Position numbers and translations under genes: made by a program. A stretch of DNA of 64,000 nucleotides, taken from NCBI GenBank assembly GCA_964402425.1, contig CAYOCD010000001.1, positions 82,934 to 146,933 on the forward strand, in the 5' to 3' direction. The notes under the pieces are model-generated. The model had not been told where the DNA came from, did not search any database, and saw only the letters and a program-made list of their open reading frames with translations. Shown one piece after another: positions 38,292-48,100 of this stretch (position 1 is its first letter; every line of letters starts with the position of its first letter). Source of the stretch: an uncultured Gammaproteobacteria bacterium. GTDB taxonomy: Bacteria > Patescibacteriota > Patescibacteriia > UBA9934 > GWF2-40-263.

Positions 38292-39671
38292 CTAAATCAT
38301 TTTCTTTCTAATAAATGCCGGGATCTCAATCTCGTCTTCTTGTGCTTGTTGTGGGGACGGTGAGATAGGAGCAGGTCTTGGCGCAACACGCATTGGGACC
38401 TCTTGCAGTTGTTGCGGCTGTTGTTGCGGTTGTTGTTGCGGTTGTTGTTGATGATGTTGCATCATTGGTTGAGGAATGGGCGCCGCAATAGGTTGTGGTG
38501 TCATCATGGTTGGTGCTGGTTGACTGTAAAACTCTCTACGCATTTCCATTTGTGGAGGCCTTACTTCCATTTGCGGTTTTGGAGGTTGAAAATTTACTTT
38601 TGGTCGTGGAGCTGGACGCTGCAAACTTTCTTCTTCTCGCACACGCAAAAAGGTGTTTGGCGCCCATGTGCCTTGTGCTTGAACTTCTACAACACCAGGT
38701 GACGTTGTGCGGCGTTCACGTGAATCAAAACCTGTTGCGACAACCGCAATACGAATCTCATCACCCAACGAGTCATCAATGTTCGCTCCGAAAATGACTT
38801 TTGCGTCTTCATCCGCAGAACTTGTAATAATCTTTGCAGCCTCTGCAACCTCATGCATTCCAAGATCACTTCCACCCGTAATGGTAAATAAGATTCCACG
38901 CGCCCCATCAATCGACAACTCAAGCAACGGACTTGCAATCGCTTGTTTTGCTGCCTCGACAGCTCTGTTCTCACCACTTGCACGACCGATTCCCATTAAG
39001 GCTGATCCGGAAGATTCCATGATCGCTTTTACATCGGCGTAGTCAACGTTAATCAAACCAGGAACGGTAATTAACTCGGCGATCCCTTGCACACCTTGGC
39101 GCAAGACATCATCCACAACCTTAAACGCATCCATGAGAGAAGTTTTTTTATCGATGATTTGAAGAACACGATCGTTTGGGATGGTGATGATGGCGTCCAC
39201 GTACTTCATGACTTTCTCAAAACCTTCATCTGCAATGCGACGGCGTTGTGCGCCTTCAAAGGTAAATGGTTTTGTGACAACAGCAACGGTGAGTGCTCCA
39301 ATATCCTTTGCGAGTTTGGCAACTTCTGGAATGGCACCCGTTCCAGTTCCACCTCCGAGTCCGCACGTAAGAAAGACCATGTCTGAACCCATGAGCGCTT
39401 CACGAATTTCATTTTGTGTTTCTTCTGCTGCGCGCGCACCAACCTCTGGATTCATTCCAGCACCGAGTCCGCGTGTAATGGTTTTTCCAATAGCGATCTT
39501 TGTTGCGGCAAGATTCTGATTCAACGCTTGAACATCTGTATTAATAACAATAAATTCAACACCTTTAATGTTGTCAGAGATCATGCGGTTAATAGCCGCA
39601 CTTCCACCACCACCAATTCCAACAACTTTAATTTTTGCGAACGTTTCAATATCTGGTTTTACTTGAGCCAT
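38292..39671 (-). CDS. ftsZ: Cell division protein FtsZ (Gln/Pro-rich linker)
   Basis: 'GGGTGTG' tubulin motif; C-terminal 'EIPAFIRKK'; start MAQVKP. Confidence 0.97.
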   Translation of the reverse strand: MAQVKPDIETFAKIKVVGIGGGGSAAINRMISDNIKGVEFIVINTDVQALNQNLAATKIAIGKTITRGLGAGMNPEVGARAAEETQNEIREALMGSDMVFLTCGLGGGTGTGAIPEVAKLAKDIGALTVAVVTKPFTFEGAQRRRIADEGFEKVMKYVDAIITIPNDRVLQIIDKKTSLMDAFKVVDDVLRQGVQGIAELITVPGLINVDYADVKAIMESSGSALMGIGRASGENRAVEAAKQAIASPLLELSIDGARGILFTITGGSDLGMHEVAEAAKIITSSADEDAKVIFGANIDDSLGDEIRIAVVATGFDSRERRTTSPGVVEVQAQGTWAPNTFLRVREEESLQRPAPRPKVNFQPPKPQMEVRPPQMEMRREFYSQPAPTMMTPQPIAAPIPQPMMQHHQQQPQQQPQQQPQQLQEVPMRVAPRPAPISPSPQQAQEDEIEIPAFIRKKMI

Positions 39672-39930
39672 ACAATTGGTATTCAATCGAATAAATTTTG
39701 TGCAAAGATGAACACTATTATTGTTCAACAAATCATCATTTGTACACAAAAATTGTAACAACACTGTAACATCGCCAAAGGGGAAGTCAAGAAAAAATGA
39801 GAACAACTGTGGATAGAACGATTGAGTGAACGATTGACAAAATCGCAAAAATCGAGTACTCTCTTCCGGTCAAGGTGACCCTTATGAACGACCGAGGAGT
39901 GGTCGAGTTCATCCAACCAAGGAGGAAACG

Positions 39931-40407
39931 ATGAGCGATTTGAACCCCCAAGAAATGAGCGTGGAACAGCTGCGCTCCAAAATCCTGGAGCGGACAGCCG
40001 CGAACAAAGATGATCAAGAAAAGCGCAAACAGCGCGGTCGCGAAATTCACGAATTATCCAAGGCTCTTGCTGCCAAGACAGCGATTGGCTACATTGTCAT
40101 CACAACATCATCGATGCCAGACGTTTTGTTGTCTGCCTCCCCAGAAACAACAACCTTTCATGAGTGGATCTCCTTCCGTGCATTGAGCGGAGACCCTCCC
40201 CTCATCGAAATGCAACTCATCACCAATCGCGATGAGAAAATCACCTTTCGCCTTGCACTAGGCGACACAATCCGTTTCCAACACGAATACAACAGTTCGA
40301 AAAACGGCGGAACACCATCTGTTCATGATTACACCGTCAAAACGTTCAAGACAGAAAACGAACTTCTTGGATGGGCCTACAGGAAACATGTTTGTCTACC
40401 AACCTGA
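39931..40407 (+). CDS. Orphan hypothetical protein inserted antisense between ftsA and ftsZ
   Basis: AAGGAGG SD; TTGACA(39834)-17-TACTCT promoter; hairpin and T-run at 40406-40438. Confidence 0.65.
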   Translation: MSDLNPQEMSVEQLRSKILERTAANKDDQEKRKQRGREIHELSKALAAKTAIGYIVITTSSMPDVLLSASPETTTFHEWISFRALSGDPPLIEMQLITNRDEKITFRLALGDTIRFQHEYNSSKNGGTPSVHDYTVKTFKTENELLGWAYRKHVCLPT

Positions 40408-40481
40408 CACCCCTTTTGGGCGGGTGTCTTTTTCTTTTATCAGAAAACACGTGACCGATCGGTCGCGTGTTTTTATTTTTA

Positions 40482-40527
40482 TTCCTTTCAGACCTTTCCG
40501 CTCCTTCCGCCTTCTCCGCCCTTCCCC
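40482..40527. repeat. Solo type A 9-mer arm immediately after the ftsA stop
   Basis: TTCCTTTCAGACCTTTCCGCTCCTTCCGCCTTCTCCGCCCTTCCC. Confidence 0.75.
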
Positions 40528-41786
40528 TACGGTTTCAACTGTTTCAGCATTTTCATGAATCCACTTCCGACTTTTTCTAATCCGCCGATCTTTGACATGA
40601 TTTGTCCAAGACCTTTTGTGTTTGTAACACCCCTCATGTGTTTCCCCCAAAGAACAAGTCCGATAGCTGTTGTCATGCCGGGGTCATTGATGCGATCAAT
40701 CACAGACGAAACACCAATTGGCGTTCCAAGTGAGATAGGCAAACGGAGAGTCGCCTTCCCTGCCTCTAACATACCAACAAGTTTTGCGCCACCACCCGTA
40801 AGAATAATACCGGCTGGCAACATTCCTGAGCGATCAATTTTTTGAAGTTCGCGATCAACAAGTTCGAAGATCTCTGATACGCGCGCTTCCGTAATATCGG
40901 CGACAAATCTTCGGCCTACCCATTCTTCTTCTGGACTTCCGAGTTCTGCAAGGTTGATATCATCTTTTTTTCCGACTTCTTCTGGAAGACAGGTGGCATA
41001 ACGAAGTTTCATTTGTTCCGCAACATCAATAGAAGTTCTAAGTCCAATCGCAATGTCTGACGTAATATGATCAGACCCGATTGGCAACACGGCTGTATGG
41101 AGAATATCTCCTTCTTCAAACACCACGAGACTGGTTGTTGATGCTCCAATATTCACAACACAAACCCCAAGTTCTTTTTGACGATCTGTAATAACAGCTT
41201 CTGCTGTTGCAAGAATGGAGAATACCAAATCTTCAATATCAAGACCGGTTCTGTAAACCGCCTTTGTCATGTTTTTAATTTGCGAGCCAAGTCCTTGAAT
41301 AATGAGAGCGTCCACCTCAAGACGAATACCGTTCATTCCGACAGGATCCTTAATTCCCCGCTGGCCATCTACAATGAAGCTTTTTGGAATGACGTGAATG
41401 ATTTCATAATTGGTTGGCGTAGCGACCGTTCTTGCGGCTTCAATGGAGCGCTCGACGTCTTCTTCCCGAATCTCACCATCAGACCTTCCGACACCAATAA
41501 CCCCTCTGGATTCCTGCGAGATGATGTGACTTCCACTAATCCCCACCCAAGCTTTGTTCAAAGGCAATCCTGTAATGCGTTCCGCTTGTTCAAGTGCACG
41601 CGAAACAGAAGACACCGCATCTTCCAAATTGGTGATGGTGCCTTTGTTGATACCAGCAGATGGGACTTCCACTGCCCCAACGATATGAATTTGTTCTTTT
41701 CCGTCCGCGGATGGAACAATTTTTCCAACAGCAACACGCACGGCACAAGAACCAATATCGAGACCAGTGAATACTTCTTCAGACAT
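40527..41786 (-). CDS. ftsA: Cell division protein FtsA
   Basis: 'GLDIGS', 'DPVGMNGIRLE', 'NIGASTT', 'ILTGGGA'. Confidence 0.96.
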   Translation of the reverse strand: MSEEVFTGLDIGSCAVRVAVGKIVPSADGKEQIHIVGAVEVPSAGINKGTITNLEDAVSSVSRALEQAERITGLPLNKAWVGISGSHIISQESRGVIGVGRSDGEIREEDVERSIEAARTVATPTNYEIIHVIPKSFIVDGQRGIKDPVGMNGIRLEVDALIIQGLGSQIKNMTKAVYRTGLDIEDLVFSILATAEAVITDRQKELGVCVVNIGASTTSLVVFEEGDILHTAVLPIGSDHITSDIAIGLRTSIDVAEQMKLRYATCLPEEVGKKDDINLAELGSPEEEWVGRRFVADITEARVSEIFELVDRELQKIDRSGMLPAGIILTGGGAKLVGMLEAGKATLRLPISLGTPIGVSSVIDRINDPGMTTAIGLVLWGKHMRGVTNTKGLGQIMSKIGGLEKVGSGFMKMLKQLKP

Positions 41787-41857
41787 AAGAAAGCCGAGGG
41801 TTAGATGCAGGAAAGAAAAAAATGAAAAAACTTAATACGAAAATTATAGCGCAAAAA

Positions 41858-42226
41858 TCATGAAAACAACAAACGGAGATAGGGATAAAAAATCAGAACC
41901 CCAATAATAAAGGCAAACAACGACATAAGGAGTACTGCTGCGGCCATCATGTCTTTGGCTTCCTTTACAATTGGATGCAAACGAGGTTTGAACGCGTCCA
42001 GAACTCGTTCAAAAATACTGTTGATCAGCTCCAAAACAAGAACAGATGCAATCAAAAGTAAAAGAACGATATATTCCGAATTGGAAACTCTAAATCCGAT
42101 TGCAAACACAAGAACACCTACAGCCATGACAATTTGCAAACGAAAACTTTGCTCAGACCGAAAAACGGTCAAAAGGCCGTTTGTTGCATACCCGAAACTT
42201 TTTTTTAGCTGTTTCCAAAGAATCAT
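41858..42226 (-). CDS. dgkA: Diacylglycerol/undecaprenol kinase
   Basis: 'SFGYA..G', 'ELINSIFE', 'AKDMMAAAV'. Confidence 0.88.
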   Translation of the reverse strand: MILWKQLKKSFGYATNGLLTVFRSEQSFRLQIVMAVGVLVFAIGFRVSNSEYIVLLLLIASVLVLELINSIFERVLDAFKPRLHPIVKEAKDMMAAAVLLMSLFAFIIGVLIFYPYLRLLFS

Positions 42227-42660
42227 ATTCTGGGATCAACTCCAAGTTTCAGTAAAATTTTTGTTTGGAGTGGAAACATTTTTTTTGCATCAAATTCTTG
42301 TTCGTGGTCGAACCCGAAAACATGCAAAAGTCCGTGCACGATAAGGAACGTAAGCTCGTCACGCACGGAATGTTTCATTTCTTTTGCTTGTCGCTTGGCC
42401 TGCTCGTAACTCAACAAAATTTCTCCAAAATAATCTTCGTTATCAAGGGTAAAGGATAAAACATCTGTAACAGAATTTTTTCCTCGATGTTGCAAATTCA
42501 ACTTTTTCATTTCTTTTTCGGAAATAAATGCAATGGAAACGTTGTGTTTGCGCTTAAGTTTAAGGGCTTTTGAAACCTCCTCATCAATCTGAATAAGGCG
42601 CGTTTCTGGAAACCGCATCCCTCCTTTCAATCGCTGTTGATTCAGATCAATTTGGATCAT
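42223..42660 (-). CDS. ybeY: rRNA maturation RNase YbeY
   Basis: 'TDVLSF', 'HGLLHVFGFDH'. Confidence 0.93.
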   Translation of the reverse strand: MIQIDLNQQRLKGGMRFPETRLIQIDEEVSKALKLKRKHNVSIAFISEKEMKKLNLQHRGKNSVTDVLSFTLDNEDYFGEILLSYEQAKRQAKEMKHSVRDELTFLIVHGLLHVFGFDHEQEFDAKKMFPLQTKILLKLGVDPRI

Positions 42661-43652
42661 AATTTTTCCACACTATTCACCATCATTTGAACCGTTTGGA
42701 GATAATCAATGGTGGCTTTTGTTGAGGTGTCGTAAATAAGCGTCACAACTTGGCTTCCAAGATCAATATATGAACTCAACTGGTTTTTTGCGACAAGCAT
42801 TGGATATCCTTTTTTGCTTTTTGAAGCAGAGGGAGTTCCGTCTGTGACATTTTGCTGATACCAATCAACAAGGGTCAATGATGCATCTTTTGCTACAACC
42901 TGCACAGTCATATTTTCCCCCGTATTCGTTGTGATAACAGATCCTATCCCCACCTCCAAAGGTGCAGAAACCCATTTTGCAGGATACAACAACTGAAATC
43001 CATCTACCTGAAGCATTTGTGCGAGCCCTGCTAAAACTAACGTGCCCGGAGCTGTTCCGTTCGGGTTATACCCGTGATAAACCTCATTCCCATCCAAAAA
43101 TCCATCACTGTCAGAATCAGGTAAATTTGGATTTGTGGAGTAGACAATCGTCTCTTCCCCATCTGTTAATCCATCAGAGTCTGTGTCAACTCCCGGAGTT
43201 GCCGCTGGTGGAAATGGATTTGTAGATATCTCTGTACTTGGGGGTGTTGTAACAGGCGGTGTTGTTTGTGTGACGTCAGGCGTCTCTTTAGGTGTTTCTG
43301 TTACAATTGGTTGCTCTAAAATCACAGCTTCATTATTTTTTTGAACACTTCGGAAAAAGAGATATCCTCCGATCATAAGTGCCACAAGAACAATGAATCC
43401 CGCAATCAATAAACCTTTTTTGGTATGTGTTGGTTGATTCATTTGAGCTGCCACTGGAATTGGTGGAAGTGTTTTTGGTGGAGCAGGAGGCTGAACAACT
43501 GTAACAGGAGTTACAGCAACCTTTTGAGGTTCAACCATGTTTACAACAGCCCCATGACGATAGCGTGCCGGCATCGCAAATACACGCACCGGATCAGAGA
43601 TGCTTTCATTTGGAGGTTGCATAATCATCGATTGTGTATGTGCGTCCGCCAT
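42657..43652 (-). CDS. Membrane-anchored protein with DxDxDG Ca-binding repeats
   Basis: TM helix; 'DTDSDGLTDGEE...TNP..PDSDSDGFLDG.EV..GYNP'. Confidence 0.75.
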   Translation of the reverse strand: MADAHTQSMIMQPPNESISDPVRVFAMPARYRHGAVVNMVEPQKVAVTPVTVVQPPAPPKTLPPIPVAAQMNQPTHTKKGLLIAGFIVLVALMIGGYLFFRSVQKNNEAVILEQPIVTETPKETPDVTQTTPPVTTPPSTEISTNPFPPAATPGVDTDSDGLTDGEETIVYSTNPNLPDSDSDGFLDGNEVYHGYNPNGTAPGTLVLAGLAQMLQVDGFQLLYPAKWVSAPLEVGIGSVITTNTGENMTVQVVAKDASLTLVDWYQQNVTDGTPSASKSKKGYPMLVAKNQLSSYIDLGSQVVTLIYDTSTKATIDYLQTVQMMVNSVEKL

Positions 43653-43666
43653 ATGTTTTACGATTC

Positions 43667-44299
43667 CTATTTTTTTGGAATTTGAAGGAGTTGACCTGGC
43701 CCGCTTGGGTTATATCCTTTTTTAACCTCGTCACCATCTTTGTAGGTATCGCCATCTGTGTCTGGATTCAATGGGTTGGTTTGATAAACATCTACTTCTT
43801 CTTTATCAAAGAGTCCATCTGCATCTGTGTCTGGACTATTTGGATCTGTTCCCAAAAGAGCTTCACGTGCGTCCGGCAATCCGTCTTTGTCTGTATCTGC
43901 CGTTTGATCTTCTGCAGGAACTTGCACAGCCTCTTCCAAAGGAGCTGGTGTTGGCGTTGGTGTTTCAATCTCTGATGTTTCTAGTGACTCAGATGTAACA
44001 ACAGGAGCCGGTGGAGTCACAGGTGTACGAGAATTCAAAATTCTCATGGAGAGAAAAAACGCGAGTCCGACAACAGCGACAATCGCCACAAACAGAACGA
44101 TGAGCTTCCAAGGAAACGCTCGTTTCTCCCCCATTTCCGATCCCATCTCCATGCTTTTCATGGATGGCGGTTGAGGAGTTGCCATTGGTGCAAGAGAAGA
44201 TTCTGATTGCACACTCATGGTTGGAGGATTCATTTGAGGGGCGGTCGCATCGGTCTGAGCAAAAACATCTTCAGGTTCCTTTTGGAGTTCGTCGAACAT
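43667..44299 (-). CDS. Membrane-anchored protein with DxDxDG Ca-binding repeats
   Basis: TM helix; three 'DTD.DG..D' repeats. Confidence 0.75.
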   Translation of the reverse strand: MFDELQKEPEDVFAQTDATAPQMNPPTMSVQSESSLAPMATPQPPSMKSMEMGSEMGEKRAFPWKLIVLFVAIVAVVGLAFFLSMRILNSRTPVTPPAPVVTSESLETSEIETPTPTPAPLEEAVQVPAEDQTADTDKDGLPDAREALLGTDPNSPDTDADGLFDKEEVDVYQTNPLNPDTDGDTYKDGDEVKKGYNPSGPGQLLQIPKK

Positions 44300-44354
44300 A
44301 TGTGGGGGAAAGTAGTAAGTAGAGAGAAGAAAGTAGAAAGGGGGAAAATGGAAA

Positions 44355-45158
44355 TTACTTCTTTAAAGGATCATACCCAGCATTTATCTCTTGTCCATCA
44401 AGAAAGGAATCGCCGTCTGTATCTGGATTGCGTGGATTTGTTCCATACAGAACGATTTCTTGTGTTGAGTCAATACCATCAAGATCCGGATCATTCACCA
44501 AAACTTGCGCTCGACATTCTGCAGAACGTTTTGGATCAAGTACGGCACAAACTTCCGCATCTTGTACTTGATTTGCTGCCGCAAGAACACGAACAAAGAA
44601 ACAATCTCCCTCATTATTCTCGCAAACCTGTGTTGTTGCAGATGCAATGACCTGCTTACAACTTATTTTCATTTGTCCATCCACTATTTTATCACACAAT
44701 GCCGTATCTGACGCAGTAATCGCCTTCAACACATTCAATTCATTCACACATCCTGACAACCAATCTTTATTTGCTATTTTTTCACAAATCGAAACATCTT
44801 CATTTACACGTGCCACACTCCAAAAACAATCATCTTTGTCTTCTTCTGTCAGAACATCACAGCTTTCTGATTTTTTTTCCGTGATCGCACGTTCTTTTGT
44901 TTTCAACACCTTACACGCCTCAGAATCTTCCGACACTTCACAAGACGCTTCTGCCGAAACAGATGTTGTGACTTGCTCCGATATTGTCCCAAAGACGCTC
45001 GCTGCTCCTGTCGCTTGCGTTGCTTGAGGAGTACGGTCACGAATGACATAAAGGACCCCTCCAATGATTCCCAGAGCCAAAACAACCCCGCCCGCAATGA
45101 TCGCGATCAGTTTCCAGGGGGTTTGTTTTGACTCGGATGGTTGGTCACCAAAATCCAT
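44355..45158 (-). CDS. Membrane-anchored Cys-repeat protein with DxDxDG tail
   Basis: TM helix, C-x-C helical repeats, 'DTDGDSFLDGQEINAGYDP'. Confidence 0.7.
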   Translation of the reverse strand: MDFGDQPSESKQTPWKLIAIIAGGVVLALGIIGGVLYVIRDRTPQATQATGAASVFGTISEQVTTSVSAEASCEVSEDSEACKVLKTKERAITEKKSESCDVLTEEDKDDCFWSVARVNEDVSICEKIANKDWLSGCVNELNVLKAITASDTALCDKIVDGQMKISCKQVIASATTQVCENNEGDCFFVRVLAAANQVQDAEVCAVLDPKRSAECRAQVLVNDPDLDGIDSTQEIVLYGTNPRNPDTDGDSFLDGQEINAGYDPLKK

Positions 45159-45162
45159 ACGT

Positions 45163-48100
45163 TTAATTTACGGGACAATAGGTGAATTCAATATTACTCA
45201 GAGTGACAGATGCACTTGTTGGATTCAATTTAACATTAATTGGAAGAGAAAATGGAGCATCCTGACAGATAAACTTGCTTGGAAGTGGCAACTTCAATCC
45301 GTTTCCGATCTCAAGCAAAGAAGTTCCTGTTTGTGGAAGTGTATATTTTCCATTTGCATCTTTAAATGTTGCTGCAATTAACGACACGGTATTTCCAGCA
45401 TTCAAAAGTGAACTTGATGAAGAAACATTTGCCGTAATTCCGACCCCAACTCGGCATGCTGGAAGCAACAAACTTGCACGATCTGGTGTTTTTCCTTCTG
45501 TATTTTCCAAACTAAATAAGGTGATACTGCTTGATGGTTGAGATTCGGCTACATTTCCTTGCACTTGAAGAGCAACTTTTTGGAATGCGGTCGGACAAGA
45601 ACTATTACAACTCGATGAACAAGTTGGCAGTACACATGTTCCTACACCTATACATTTTTCATTATTAGCCGTATTGCAATCACCGTTCCAGTTACAAGTA
45701 CTACCGGATGTTTCACAATATCCATCACAATTATTTTGATAAGCTGCGCATTTTTTTCCATTCTCCCCACGAAGAGAGCCTCCATTACAAGTACCCACAA
45801 TGCGACATGAATACCCCTTATCACAGGAAGTTCCGTGCCACGTTGATGTTGAACCATCATCTTTCTTCCCGTTAGCTGTGCCATCTGAGGTTAGTCCGAC
45901 ATCTTTTGAATCACACGGACCCTTTAGATCCATTTCATCCGCACTGATTGATTTTGTACATGTTCCATTTAACTTCGTACCATCACAATATTCGCCACCA
46001 TTGATTGCTCCATCTCCACAATACGGACCAGATTGTGTTTTGTACTGACAGTATTGATTACAGAAGTTACAGCTTGATCCGTACGCCGCATTACAAGCGA
46101 TTCCGTTTGCCTTACCGCTGTCACACGACTCGATTCCAACGTTTACAAAGTTATCGCCACACACGTTTGTCTTACAGGCGTTTGTACAACTGTCATTGCT
46201 GGAACTGTTTCCGTCATCGCATTCTTCTGTTCCTTCTTTCTTTCCATTACCACATTGTTGTGGACCACCAGCACACGCACCCCATCCACCACCGGCAAGA
46301 TTTGTGATCCACTGACAGCTGTTTGAAGATGGATTGTTGTAATTCTGACAGGTGCGTGTTCTGGTGAGGTCATATTGTTCTGCTGAACATTTTCCACCTG
46401 CCCCACAAGAAGCATCATCTGTACAAATCGCACCAATTGTTGTTCCGGCGGTACAAATCTTTGCTTTTGCACAAGCCGCAACAGGACATCCAGATGAAGC
46501 CGTACATTTTGTTCCATCGTTATTCAATGCACCAGCATACGTTTCTGTATTTCCATCGCATTTTTCTGATGAATCATTAATCAAATTGTCCCCGCACATT
46601 GGTCCTGGAGCTTTACACTCTGCAGTACAATTTTTTCCATCTTTGTCGTAATTTCCGTTATAGGTTGCACAATGATTACCGGACTTTGCCCAACTTGTTC
46701 CCGCAAGTGTCGACCAATTTGATGGCGTTCCGCAATCACATTGTTCATTCCCCGCGAGGTACCCGTCACCACACGCAAAATTAGAAACAACTTTACAATC
46801 TTTACCACAGTGGCCGTACGTACCATTCAGCGCAGTACCATCATCACAGACTTCACCAAGCGCTTTATCAATCACACCATCTCCACAAGAAAATGGCTTA
46901 CATGTTCCACCGGCTTTTTTTGCAGCATCCTCAGCGGCTGCATCTGTTGCATAATTTTTACAATCATTTTTACAAGTAACATTGATGAACCCTGCGTTGT
47001 TTGCGCAAGCAATCGATTTGACTTCACCAATTTCACAATCTTCACCCACACCCTTTACTCCATCACCACAAATCGTAGAGCTTCCAAAAACAGTTGCGTT
47101 GCAATAAGCGGAAGTTGAGACAAATCCTGGCAGGAGATTTGCAGGAGCTTTCCCGTTTAGATAAGCCGCTTTAATGGTCGCTTGATCACCAGATGCGTCT
47201 ATTTTATTGTTCCACGCAACCGTACTGTATTCCAATTCTGTTGTGAGGACATATGCTTCCCCACCAAAATTTTGATATCCGTACACATGAGAACCGTTTG
47301 GACAAAGAGATTTTCCTTGTGCGCTATTCCAACACGTTGCGGAATCATATCCTTCACCTACATTTTTACACTGTCCCCAGAATTGGTTGAGCGGATCTGT
47401 TGGCAGAGCACCCCCAACCTCATTTCCAAGCGTACTGTTCCAAGATGGCCAGATACTGTTACTTACAGAAGGAACAAACGTTCCTGCTTGAATAGTTGGA
47501 TAGCTCGGGATACATGTTTCTGTTCCTGGACAAGCAGAATTCGCTCCTGTACCCGCTTTACTGTTTTGAGAAACAACACAGGCTTGACTCTTGGTTACCG
47601 CACAACGACCGTTTGTGTTTCCGTATTTTTCAAATGTGGTCACCATCTCTGTGACATCTGTCAATCGTTTTGTGTCTCTGATCAATTTTTGTTTGTCTGC
47701 ATCACAGAACATGTTTGGATCAGCTACTGCACATTCCGCATTTCCTAATTTTGGATTACAAACTTTATCCGAAACGGAACATTTTCCATCTGGCTTACAT
47801 TGATCCAAACAGTCTCCATCCCATGAACATGTGGTAAACGGACCACTTGGTGGAACATAGGCACTTCCACTCTTACAAAGACCAACGTGCGACACTCCAG
47901 TTACACCAGTATCATTCGCGTTTAATCGGAAATTTTGTAAGACAAGATCAAAAATCTGTTGCGCATCTTTTCCGGCATCTGCGTTAAATGAGATAACGTA
48001 AATATTTGAATAGAGATTTGATCCGTTGCGATTTGCCGCTGCTGCATAAATCGTTGTTCCTGTTTGCACAGCTTCATATCCATCCAACTTGGCCGCCTTT

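Noticed and set aside
38404-38462. (tgttgttgcgg) tandem repeat in ftsZ as a contingency locus
   Set aside because: It encodes the in-frame, naturally variable Gln/Pro linker of FtsZ
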